Shown: positions 26,001-38,000 of the stretch, piece after piece
Position numbering within the stretch: the stretch's first letter is position 1
How the letters are laid out: the number at the start of each line of letters is the position of its first letter
Translations under genes and position numbers: made by a program
Assembly: GCA_030141605.1 (NCBI GenBank)
Contig: JAQGDQ010000221.1
Location: forward strand, 305,102-369,101
Direction of reading: 5' to 3'
DNA from: Tubiluchus corallicola
Lineage: Eukaryota > Animalia > Priapulida
DNA length: 64,000 nucleotides
Notes under the pieces: generated by a model
Database searches by the model: none
Told to the model about the DNA's origin: nothing
The model's input: the letters and a program-made list of their open reading frames with translations, nothing else

Positions 26001-29000
26001 CGCGGCTCAGTGAATCTACTAAGATTGGCAGCGGCGCCTTTTTGTCACGTGCGCGTCGCCGACAAATAGAAGGCGGTACCGTGATAACCATGATCATGAA
26101 CTGCAGTGTTAGTTTCATGACGTCATACCATGTAAAGCCCATTTTTTGTGACATCATGCGTTTAAACAGTACTGTAACACCTATGCATACATATTTGGGT
26201 ATTAGATGGCCAAAGAAAATTTCAAACAAAGATCTATACGAACAAATAAAAGAAGAACCTTGGACAAGAAAAATAAAAAGACGCCGTTTGAGATGGATTG
26301 GGCATATGCTTAGACTACCTGATGATAGTCCTGTGAAGATAGCTCTTCAACAAGCCATAGAACCAGCTAAAAAACCTACAGGAGGACAAATGTTAACACA
26401 TTTACATTTTGCACAGAAATATTTAAACACTTCAGCATTGATCTTTAGAAATAAATGTACTTGGGGCATTGCGGCGAGCAGGGAGTCCTGGCATAGGGAG
26501 GTGAGCAGAATCATGTCACTGGACGTGTGATTCATTGGATGATGATGATAATAACACCTATGCAAATGTGCTTGACGCGCAAGCGAAGATGCCTACCATT
26601 GCACAAACTGTGTTTAGTTTCTGACGTAAGCATTAGCTGTATTCGGTTGCAGCTAATTAACTTTCTAAGCTAATTATTCAAATAGAAACAATTATTTACT
26701 TTTATAGGCAAGAAAATGTATATTTTGGACAGTAAATTAAAATGAGAATGAGTCTAGACAATCGTCCGGTCTTCCTTTAATATGCTAGTTTTACTGTGCT
26801 AATGTATTGCAATGTATTGTGTTTATTTTATAATGCTTTTCTTAATTTCTTGTTTTCGATTCATAATAGTATTTTTATTTTTACTAAATACCAACCACAC
26901 GTGGATTGTAATGGAAATAACGTTATGTTTTTACATATCCAAGTAAAAAATAATTTGCTATTCTATTCCATTCTATTCTAAGTACCCTTAAAACTCCAAA
27001 GTCCAATAAATTAACAAATAAAATAGATTTTATTGTGTACTCAGTGGAAAAATTTAGTGCTCATAATGCTAAAATTTGCCGACTAATATACTGAGCTACT
27101 ATTTGTTTGTTTATTTATTTGTATACTTGTTTGCTTTGCCTGCACCCAATTTGTGTATGTTTTTCCAATGTGGCAGTAATTCAGTAATTATAAAAGTATA
27201 ATGGATTTTGACTTGTATAATGTCTCTGGAGTCGAAACTTATTATTGTTCAAAATTAAAGCTTCGCAATAAGGTTTTCACTTGTTTTTAAAAACGCTTTG
27301 CATCTTGTCCAATGGGGCTTTCATTAGATTTCGAAACGATGCACACAAATAATACAACTAAGTTTTTTGACCATTTCCATTACACTGGATAGTGCAAAAA
27401 GGGAAATTGTTTCCTCGGTATTGAAACGAAGACAAAGGTCGAAATATTTTGACTGCCCTTGGATATAACAACGTCAGGTTATTTTGCAGATGTGGAGAAA
27501 CCGTGTATGATCCCACTCAAGCTATTCTATTAGTCAAACATAATGGATCCAGAATGAAAGACATGATCATGATAATAAGGCTATCACCCCCCAGCACGAA
27601 AAGATGACGAATGATTGTAGTAAGATGAAATTATATTGATTTTAGTTTGTCGAGGCTAGAAATAATCACTTTCAACATATAAATAATTTTCTGAATTCAA
27701 ATATAAATTTCTTATATGTAATTTCAAAGAGAATAGTCACGGCTTTTCTAATACATAGTAACATGGAGACAAGGTAGTTTCAAATTGGCATATATTTCTG
27801 TTACAGTAGCGAAGAAGTCAATTCATGCAAAAGGCTAAAAACGCTCTGAGACTATTTTTATAAGAGACGTTTCCGCTGCGAAAACTGTAAGCGAAGTAAC
27901 GACACAATCACAGCAGCAATAAACGTCGTATATGAATAACAGTTTCTTTATTATAACGTTGGTTACAGTTCACAAATCCCCACACGCAAAAAATTAGTTC
28001 GTGAAGCGGATTAGGGTTAGGGTTAGGGTGGCGTTACGGTTAGCGTTAGAGTTAGGGCTAGGGCTCTAGAATATTTAAATTGCATGGGTAATTGTAAATT
28101 CCTTCCATAACGGTTCCCAAGATTATAGAATCTCCCTTATTATTAAAGTAGAACAAAACTTCCTTATTAATCTTTGGACTAAACATGAAGCAGTCGACTA
28201 GAGTCATAAACTAGTGTCTATATGTCTTCTTGGTCCCCGTAAGAATAACTGCCGACAGAATTTATTGTGAAAGCGATTGACAGAATCTGGAGGTTACATT
28301 CAGAGAGAATGCGGCTTACTACATACGGCTTAGTGCCTTCCACAATTCTTCAACAGTATTTGCATTAACCAGTCAGTTCGTCCACTTTTAAACTCGACAA
28401 GAATTTAAATATCCAGTCAACGATTATTGACGTAGGACTCAAGAAGGCGACTCCTGGATGAAGCTGAGAGGCGACTCTCATTAATTCAGCCGGTTAAACC
28501 GCGCGAGTCAGAAGTCATCCAGCAAATTAGAGAATTATTCAGGACTGGTCGGATCAATCACGTGTCAATAAACTGCAATCAGGGGATAAGTGATAGACAA
28601 GCCGTTGATTTAAACATCCAACACGACTACCAATCACGCTGTTAGCAGCCACTGTGGTTTGCGACAGATGATCGCTTCACAGGCACGTTCATATCGTCCA
28701 GCGTAGTGCCTGATCGACGGTTCTGGAGGCCAATAAGACGAAGTAAATTTCTGCAAGCAGCAAAGTGCAAATGAAAGGACAGAAACATACAAAACAAAGT
28801 TTAGTTTCATTACACTGCAATTTTAAAACGACTAGGCCTCGTTTACGATTTGGGCATTACGTTTTTGTGGTTCATAATCTGGCTCAAGGAAACACTCATA
28901 TGATTCACATGGCTCAAGTTGCCTGCCATGATTAACCGACGCGAGAAGCCGTTAGTACAACCCACATCAGCGGTAGTTCCTTCAAACCGGTTAAAACACC

Positions 29001-32000
29001 AGAAAAGATTTATCTTTCGTCCTGTATCAACGTCTTGTAGGAGACTTTCAGCTTAGTGTAGTGTATGGCAATCCCTTACCCATAATCTTATATTCTAAAT
29101 GAGTCATGGATTACGTGGGAGTGTAACTGCGTTTCTAGTAATCAAATAACTGCTAATTCTTATTCAAAGTCGTCTTCCAGAAACCTTCTTTGGCTCACTG
29201 GAAATTTGAACTCCTGCAACGGTGCACTTTGACCAGTAGCCTGGTAACCCAAGGTAGAATTTTTTTGTAAACCCTTTATCAGAGACATACTAGTAAGAAT
29301 GTTTGCACAAAGAGATTTGTACATACTTACCTGTAACTTCATGCTGCAAGGACAGGAGAGACTTGATCATAAACGTTTATGTAAACACTAGATACGTATT
29401 GCGGATACTTTACAGTCAGTGTTCATTTTTAAGTTTATTATTATCTTACTATAACACACTAGGCGCCCTGCAAGAGGAGTTTAGAGATTGCTACAAAAAC
29501 AAACTGACCAACTAAGAGACTGTAATTGCTAGTGTTGGATCCTCCAGCCAAGAAAAGGGAAATAAATGTGATAAATTTAACATTTATGGACGGTTTTAGT
29601 TTTATTGCCTTTTCAACCAGGAACACAAGAACCATAACACAAAAGTCAATTTGCTTTTGCAATAATAAATCATAGCGACAGTGTAGGCTATTCCATTTCT
29701 GACAATATCTGGCAGCCAAGGTGTCCTTGGCACAGCATAGAAAGTCAAAAGAAATGATCTTATTTAGTTACTCAAATAATTGCAAAGGCTGCAAAAAGCC
29801 AAAGCTTGAGGCAAAATGAACACAATTCATAATATGACAGATGTGACAGTACGGTCTAACTTTTGTCAGCAATACAGAACAGTGTTGTGCCCTATCTCGC
29901 TATTTCTAAATTCATGTAATCAAGTAGTACTATTGCATAAAACATTATATGCACGAAAAGCACAAAATTCACAGAGCGACTTTTTGAGTTATCAAAAATA
30001 ATAGTTAGTAGTGTGTCTAATGAGTATTTGAATGACAGTGACAAAACTCAGCTTGAATGCCCAACATTGCTGGCAGTCTAGATGTAGCCTAAGCGTTGAA
30101 TGCCACATAATTCTACTCACCCATCGGTTTTGTCAATGTCCGGATCGGAGATGATGAGCTCCCGAGCATGGCCGGCTTTCTCCGTCACTGCAATGCATAA
30201 GACAAAATTTTGAAAATTTGAGATGAAGCATCTACGACTAAGCGGTCTTCAAGATCCATTGTGTATTGAATCTTGTGTTTGTTATAAATGACAGTTCAAT
30301 AATAAATGCGGCTAGTTAAAGTCTCGCTTGTTTTTGTGGTTAGTCTTTAGACAAAGTTCATGATAAGTCATCCATCAAACGTTATTCTAAACTACTTTGT
30401 TCTGAAGTACTTACACACCAATGCCCAAATGGGAATGCTAGCTGTTGTTTAGAACATTAGGCAGAAATAATTAGAAACCAACCACATACAATATTCAGAA
30501 AATTGCCATTGAAAAGGTCTTTGAACATAGTCTATGGACTTATGAATTGTCGGTCTTTGTCTATCCTGAATGTGCGATGTTGTCTTCAACCGGATGTCAG
30601 AATTACTGTACCCGTGACCGGGGAAGAAATATGCCCCTTTGGGGCCCTTAGCCTAATCAAATTATGGGGCCCTCAGACGGAGCCACCTTCTAATTCGCAT
30701 GCCAGATGAGCAACATGATAAACAAACATGGACTGGGATCCCATGATTTACATTGACCCCACGATATCTCAAATAATGGGCCACAAGCAGAGGCCACTTT
30801 TTCAAAACTGGATCGTCAGTCTCTCAGGCCTCCTTTTTAAAAGTTGAAATTTTATTTTAAATTAAGTGAATTATTCAGCAGTGCAAAATAAAATATTATA
30901 GTCATTTTACAAAAAGTATACTTGAAAGTCTTTTAGAAGGGCCCCAGGCTGCAGCCTATACGGTAATTCCACCCAGCCCATCACAATCACAGGTCTATTC
31001 AATTTTATAGCTTCTAGGCCTATTTTCTAGTCTTAATATAGACAATACCTCAAAATTTTCAAATTTTGTTTCAATAAGACAGTACGAAGTGTCATAAAAT
31101 TTCACAGAGACAATTTTTAGCTTTTGGCAGGTAAAGGGTTTTCTTGTCCTTTAATGACACGGGTACCTACTACATTTTAATAAATGAAACTTTATTTTGA
31201 ATGGAACTTTTTAATAATCAGGACTTAAAAGAATTAACAAAACACAAAAAACACATCGCCTTAGTATTACTATTAGACAGAAAAAAGAAACTAATCTTCA
31301 CAATTCTCAAATATTAAAATCACTATATCTTACATTACTTATATGTTATATCAATAAGCTAGGTTGCTTTTCATTTTTCATTGTAAATTTCTTTATTAAG
31401 TCCTGATATTGGAGATATAAGTCATTGAAGTGCCCTCTGCAACTGCCAATTTACAATAACTGATCAAATACGTCTCTTGGACTACGCACACATAGTAATG
31501 AAACTCTGATCTATGATTTTAGTCAGGCAGAGGTCCTTACAGCTCTGGATAGCCAATGTACGTGCATTCTGCTGCCTATCACTAGAGTCAATATTAGATG
31601 AACAAATACATAAGCTAGCCAGCAAAATTATGCAGCTAAAGAGTTACTAGAGAAAATCGATACATCGAAGTGTATAGTTATCAAGAAACACGTATCAAAC
31701 AGAAAGCTCCCATACGTGGCAATTCTACCAAGGTCAAACGTGGAAGAAATGTGAGTCCTGGCTTCATGTATTTTTGCTTGTCCTGTTTTGCGATCATGGT
31801 GTGGTGTCTACTGGCCTCAAGTTTCAGGCTCATGTGACACCTAAGACCAGATTTCCTTAGACTCATTCATATAGTAATTTAGTTTGGAAACCAACAGTTT
31901 CAACATTTAACTCTGGCTGAGAAAAATGTAAGCCATTCATTAAGGCTTTCGACAGGTAGGTCACTTTAAACCATGCAGCTACTACAGTACGTTTACTTCA

Positions 32001-35000
32001 CAAAAGTGCTCAGCTTCTAAGCTATAATATTGGATTAAAAAAATAAGAGTTTGATCCTAGTTAATTATACGGATCGTCACACTGCAAACTAAGTCAACAG
32101 CCAGCAATCAACTACAGGCTAACTTGTGTTGAAGGCCGTAGCAGGAACTTATCTCATTATCAGGATTACCTACCATGATGAAACACTCAGCCAGACGAGC
32201 TGTCTTAGAAATATTTGAATGTGTATGCATCCTCTCTCAGTGTAGTACCAGCAAATCGAACAATACTTCAAAAGCGTGTTGCTCAAGAGCTGCTCGGTGG
32301 TAATAAAGTCGCAGGAAAATAACCACGGAAAATGTCACAATTTTAGCTAGGAAGAAGAAATAACAATTAATTTTGGCTAGGCTTAGGGTTCTTTTTCCTG
32401 TGACTTTTTACGTGTGACTTTTTACCTGTGACTTTTACCTGTGACTTTTTCTGTGACTTTTTTCCTGTGACCTTTTCTGTGACTTTTTACCTGTGACTTT
32501 TTACCTGTGACTTTTTACCTGTGACTTTTCACCTGTGACTTTTTACCTGTGACTTTTACCTGTGACTTTTCACCTGTGACTTTTTACCTGTGACTTTCTA
32601 CCTGTGACTTTTTACCTGGATTCGTTTTTGCCCAACAATCGAATGCAGTTTTTGTATTTGTACCACGGCATCCATTGCCGCCTCACTTTTTGCAAAACTC
32701 TAGCAATTTTTCTCTGGTCAGGTATGACATTTAAATCTATGGTGTAATACAAGATCTGGAAGAAGTTCATAAAAGCAATCACATCGAAACGATTTCCTTG
32801 GCAGTTCAACCATCCATTTACCACACAAGCCACAGCTTAAATTTTGCGATAGCCCGTGTGCAGTAGCTCATAATAGAACATAAAAAGCAACTCGTGTTTC
32901 TCAAAAGAATTTTAACTACTGGTCACGCAACAGTTTCAACAGAAATGAATGTTAGAAAAGACTGGTAAATGATCGTCAAAACCGAAAAAATATAGCCGTC
33001 AAAAATGACTTTCTGAATAGCCTATTTCTTGCAGATGTTTGCCTCCTTTTCAGAAGCACGAAGGAGACGAACTATCACTTTCAAACAGATTTGATTTTGA
33101 CGAAGTATAGCTGAATGAAAGGCAAGAAATGGAAAAGAGAAAAGCCGTGAGAAACGAATTCGAATGTCATTGGTCTGTAAAGGACAACTACAGCATTTCT
33201 ACAGCAGGCCTTCGTAGCCTGACTAATTAATGCGTTGTTGCGTTAACCCTTATAGGGCCACGATTTTTTACAACCGATTTTGGTAACGGGGGGGGGGGGT
33301 TAAACATTACCCCACCATAATTCGTAAATTACTTTTGATAAACCGCCGTGTTTCATTAGTAAACAGCAACAGCATAATTTGTGGTTATGCTGACCACCAT
33401 AGATTATATTATACCTCTGCTTAAAGACATTTGACTTACTAGTAATACGAAATTTAAATTCACTTAGTTAAGTTCCCTTATCTATGCTGGAATAACTGTA
33501 GACAACCGACATTGCTAGCGCGTGTGTAAAAATCATTGTTATTCTGAATTTATTGTGTAGTTCTACGTCAGCATACAGACGTCTGACACGTTGTTTTATC
33601 AGATACATCTCTAGTATAATGTATAGACAAGCGAAGTAAAGTTTCGACAATTTTAAAAAATCGACATATTGCATTTTCACTTTTATTTCGTGGTGAGACA
33701 ATGCGCCTAAAATAAATAACTGAAAGTATTTTGCGCACAAAACATATTTAGAAAAAGTCATAGAAAAGGTTTATTGGGATGCGTATGGTAAAAGGGTAAA
33801 ATGTAAAAAAACCGGTCTGGGGGTAATTTGTTACCCCCCGGTGACCCTATAAGGGTTAAAGTACTTAAATGCACAGGCCTTGCGTGTATGCTTCATCTAT
33901 GTACATAATTTTTCAATTTCTTAATTAGTTTTACCTACTAACTGTCATTTAACTTTTATCATTTGCTGTGTGCAACTAACTTAATGGCCGGTTTTATGTC
34001 TGAAATAAAATTGAAATTGAATAGAAACTGTAAGTAAAGGTCTTGAGTTCAAATCTCAATCGTGAAGAAGCAAAGACTTTGCCCCACCTTCTCTAAGTTC
34101 ATGGGTCTTCTAAAAAGAAACTTCAAAGTTCGGTGGCCAAGTATAAAATGTAGCTAAATGCCAATTTGTCTGCATCTGTTAGTATCACCACCATTGCCCA
34201 AATGCCATGCATCGTTTGAAGGACAAGACATCGTTTTAAAAACAAGGCTATTGCAGATCTTTTTCAGTAGTTTCAGCGACTTCGTACGTTCAAATGATCA
34301 CGTGAACAGAAAACGTATCAAACGATTTATTCTCTGACTGTGTTTATTTATTTATTTATCAAAAATATCCACAACGGTCATTACAGCATTACACATAAAA
34401 GTATTTAATAACATATTTATTATTACGTACACAAGACGCCAAGCTGCAAATGAGTCTAGGGCCAGTGTTAGTGACGAAGCACCTTGCCGCATCAGTCCTG
34501 CAATACTTAATAAGAAATTCATTAAATCTTGTTGAGTAATGTCTCACGTTAATAGATAATGGTTTAAAAAGAAAGCGGGAAGAAGTTTATGTTTGGTTTT
34601 GTAGATGTAAACAGCGGTATTCAGGCTTATTAGATCATTTAGCACTAGGATAGAATAATTCTTAAAAAGATTAAGACCTACATGTTCACGCTTGTTTAAA
34701 TTAGTTATCAATCTATTAGTTGTGAGATGTAAATGCTAATTTACTAATATACTTGCTAATTTAAGTAAGACAGTGATTCACTAAATATTATGTTCAGCAT
34801 TGCTTTAGTTAACTTGAATGGTTTTTATGTTATAGTGACTGCACCGTGGGTGTCCTGTGATGAGAATGAAAAGCAGAAATATAAATCATCTCCTCCGTCA
34901 TATTGCTTTTCTGCTGCTTTTACGTTTGGTTATTACAACATTATATTAATACAGTGCTGATTCCGCTAGACTGATGCTGCGAAAGGCAGTGATTGTTCCG

Positions 35001-38000
35001 CTCAGGATGATAAAATATAACTTGTCATTCTTAAGCTCAATATATATGTAAATGCCAAATTTATGATTGTAGGTACTCCAGATCACAAAGTATAACGATG
35101 TATTGAAAGCAAATGTTTTGTCAGTACTAACATTACGAAACGTTATGAGTTTCTTGCTACATGCAGGCTCACGGGTAGTAAAAATAACTTAGCTATGATT
35201 TATGTATGTACTTTTTTATGTACATACTTTTATTTTAAGCATGTACGTGTGGTCCAACATTCTATAAAATATAAAATGTAGAGACATAAATATGTATCTA
35301 ACTGTGTACATTAAAAAAATATAGTGTGAGACATTAAAAATATTAAACACAATCTTTCGAAGATCTATGTATGTGTTAGTTTATCTGTGTAGTAAATTTG
35401 TTTGTATATTCATATTTTTTATACAATTTGGAATCCCGCAAGCCAGAATTCAGCACTCTACGGCTGGTCCTACTCAGACTGAATGGTTGTGGCAAGACCG
35501 GAATCTAATTTATTGTCAAGGTTATTCTCTAGGATAAGCCGCTTAACTGGCTGAAGCATATGTAAACAGCCATAATCAGCATGGCAAACCAAGCCGTCCA
35601 GAGTGCAAATTGAAGCAGTTAGCCAATCCATTCGCTGATCAGCTTCGTGACCAGTCTTAACTTTGGTCTCCAACACTATATCATAATCGGTGAGGTATGG
35701 ACTCATTTTTAGAAAGCAAATAATTCGAGTAAAACTTGAAAACCTATAATAAACAGAATCTAAGCCCAATTTCTCTGGTGTCTAAATGGGCTAGGTAAGT
35801 TGCATAACTGAGGTAAATCCGTATTGTGCATTTACGAGTACATGTGGTGGGGGCACAATGCTTTTTTGCTAAAGAACAAGTATATCATTTTCAAAGCAAA
35901 CTTCCAAAACCCACTAATTGTGAAATTTGTGGCAATCTTTTTCACTCATAATGCTAATATCAGTAGTAAAAGGCATTTTATAATCACATAAGCACCCAGA
36001 TGTGCCGCTTGTGTTTGTATTGGATTTACTTAAGTGTCATTTCCTTATAATGGATTCTTTTGTTATCAAAGATCACTTGAGCTTAAGTCCAGTCCTGTGT
36101 TTCAGGTTTTAATTCACTTGATATGCCACACCTCAAAAAACTAACACTTAAATTCTTAAAGCCTAAAGATAAAAAAGAGTTCTCCAACATTTAGAATTAG
36201 CTTTAAGAGGTTTACCAACACTTTTTTCAAAGACAAAAAGAAAAAGAACGAATTATATATCCAATTACAAGTCTACACCATTAGTCTCAGTTCTAAGAAG
36301 AAGTAATTATCAAGCCTCTTTGCAAGTGGCAGACCAAGCAATTAGTCTCCACAGCTTTGCAACGGCTATATAATTGCAGTTAGGGGAAGCTTAGTGTGAA
36401 ACTAATCCAACTGGAAATTGCTGAAATCGACCAAATTGCAAAAAAACTGAATGATTTCGAAACAAAAGCATAAACACTTATGTAATTTAATGACTGTATG
36501 CTTATACTGATATATACTTAGGGTTACCATAAGTCCGGGTTTCCCCGGACACGTCCTCTTTTTGGGCCTTTATCCGGGCGTCCGGGCGGGTTTTAAAAAA
36601 AAACGGCAGTTTGTCCGGGTTTTGCCTCAGTCCGTAAGTATGACGGACATTGCCAACTGCAGAGGCGTACGACAGTACGAGACAAAGAAAAACTCGTTAA
36701 TTTTCAATACAAGATGTTGCTAACATCTCAAACTGCAATAACAACTCAAAGAGTCAACAAGAAGCAGGCGACTGACAGATGCAGTGTGTTAATGTTATTT
36801 GCAGCATAGCCATTTGGTATTGCTATTAGAATACATGTAGGCCCATTTGTATAATTTGCATTTTATTTTGCATTGTTTTAATAGACCCTAGACTAGTCAT
36901 TTTTGCCTACTTACAAGTGTGAAAAAAGTGTCCTCTTTTTAAACTCAGACAATATGGTAACCCAATATATACTCTATTATTCCATGCAATTATAAGGCTG
37001 CAAAAAGAGATTCAAAAATTGGATTTTCTCATTTTTTCACGTTTAACAAGAGAAACAACAAAATAATCAGAAAGCATCTAATAAACCCAGTAGCACACTT
37101 TCCTCCAAACCTGTTAGTCCTAATGTCGAGGGACATCCTCAAAAAATTATTTAATGATTCAGTAGGAAAAAATTTGGGGTATACTGATGATTCAATGTTC
37201 TTAAGACTTCCCTTTTCTTTCCATAAATTCCATGACAATGCTCGACAATCATAGTGGTGCCAAAAAGCCATAGCAGGACAGTGTCTAAGTATTTGCTGGA
37301 CTAACTGCTACGTTTATCTGTCTTCAGTGCAGATTTCCAGTCCAATGTTTGTAATGCATGACAGGCATTTGACGATAACGATAGTGAAGTTTCATAAATC
37401 TGCAAAGAGCAGATTAAGCCCATTAACTTGGTAGAAATTTGATTAAAACTCCATAAGCTTAATATTGTAACAAGCAAGCCATGAATTGTCAGATCACCAA
37501 CTATTTTTGGATGGACCCTACCATGATAGCAATCACAAAAGTCAGGGTGAAGTTCAAGTTTGTCATAGTGATCTTTCTCCTGATACTGTGGCACAGATAT
37601 CTTCCCCCCCCCCCCATGTGCCTGGGTCACAGTGACCTTGTAGATTTAATGCAGTAGATGAAAATAATGTGATACCCTAAGACATCAATATCAATGTGAG
37701 TTAGCTTGTGATGTCACCATGACTTTTTACCCTACCACGACTTGTCCTATCCCATGATTGATTGATTTTTCCATTAGTTGGTTGAACTTCCCCAAAATTT
37801 AGTTTAAAAAAATCCTGCAGCAAATCCTTGTGGGATTTTTTTATTAACTGTGGCCATTATTGTTGCCATTAAGAATTGTCTCCAACCTTGGCATAGCCAC
37901 AATCATGCACACGTATCTACCACATCAAGCTTATGATCCTTTAGCTAAAAGTATCAAGTCCCAACTTCTTCTTACTTCATATACTACTAGCTTTGTCTGA

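Noticed and set aside
25979-26530. 183-aa ORF as a host gene
   Set aside because: Chimera of MITE sequence and a truncated LINE C-terminus, starting at TTG
28011-28063. Chromosome end or fusion scar
   Set aside because: Few, degenerate, single-orientation repeats inside an intron and inside a MITE-like unit
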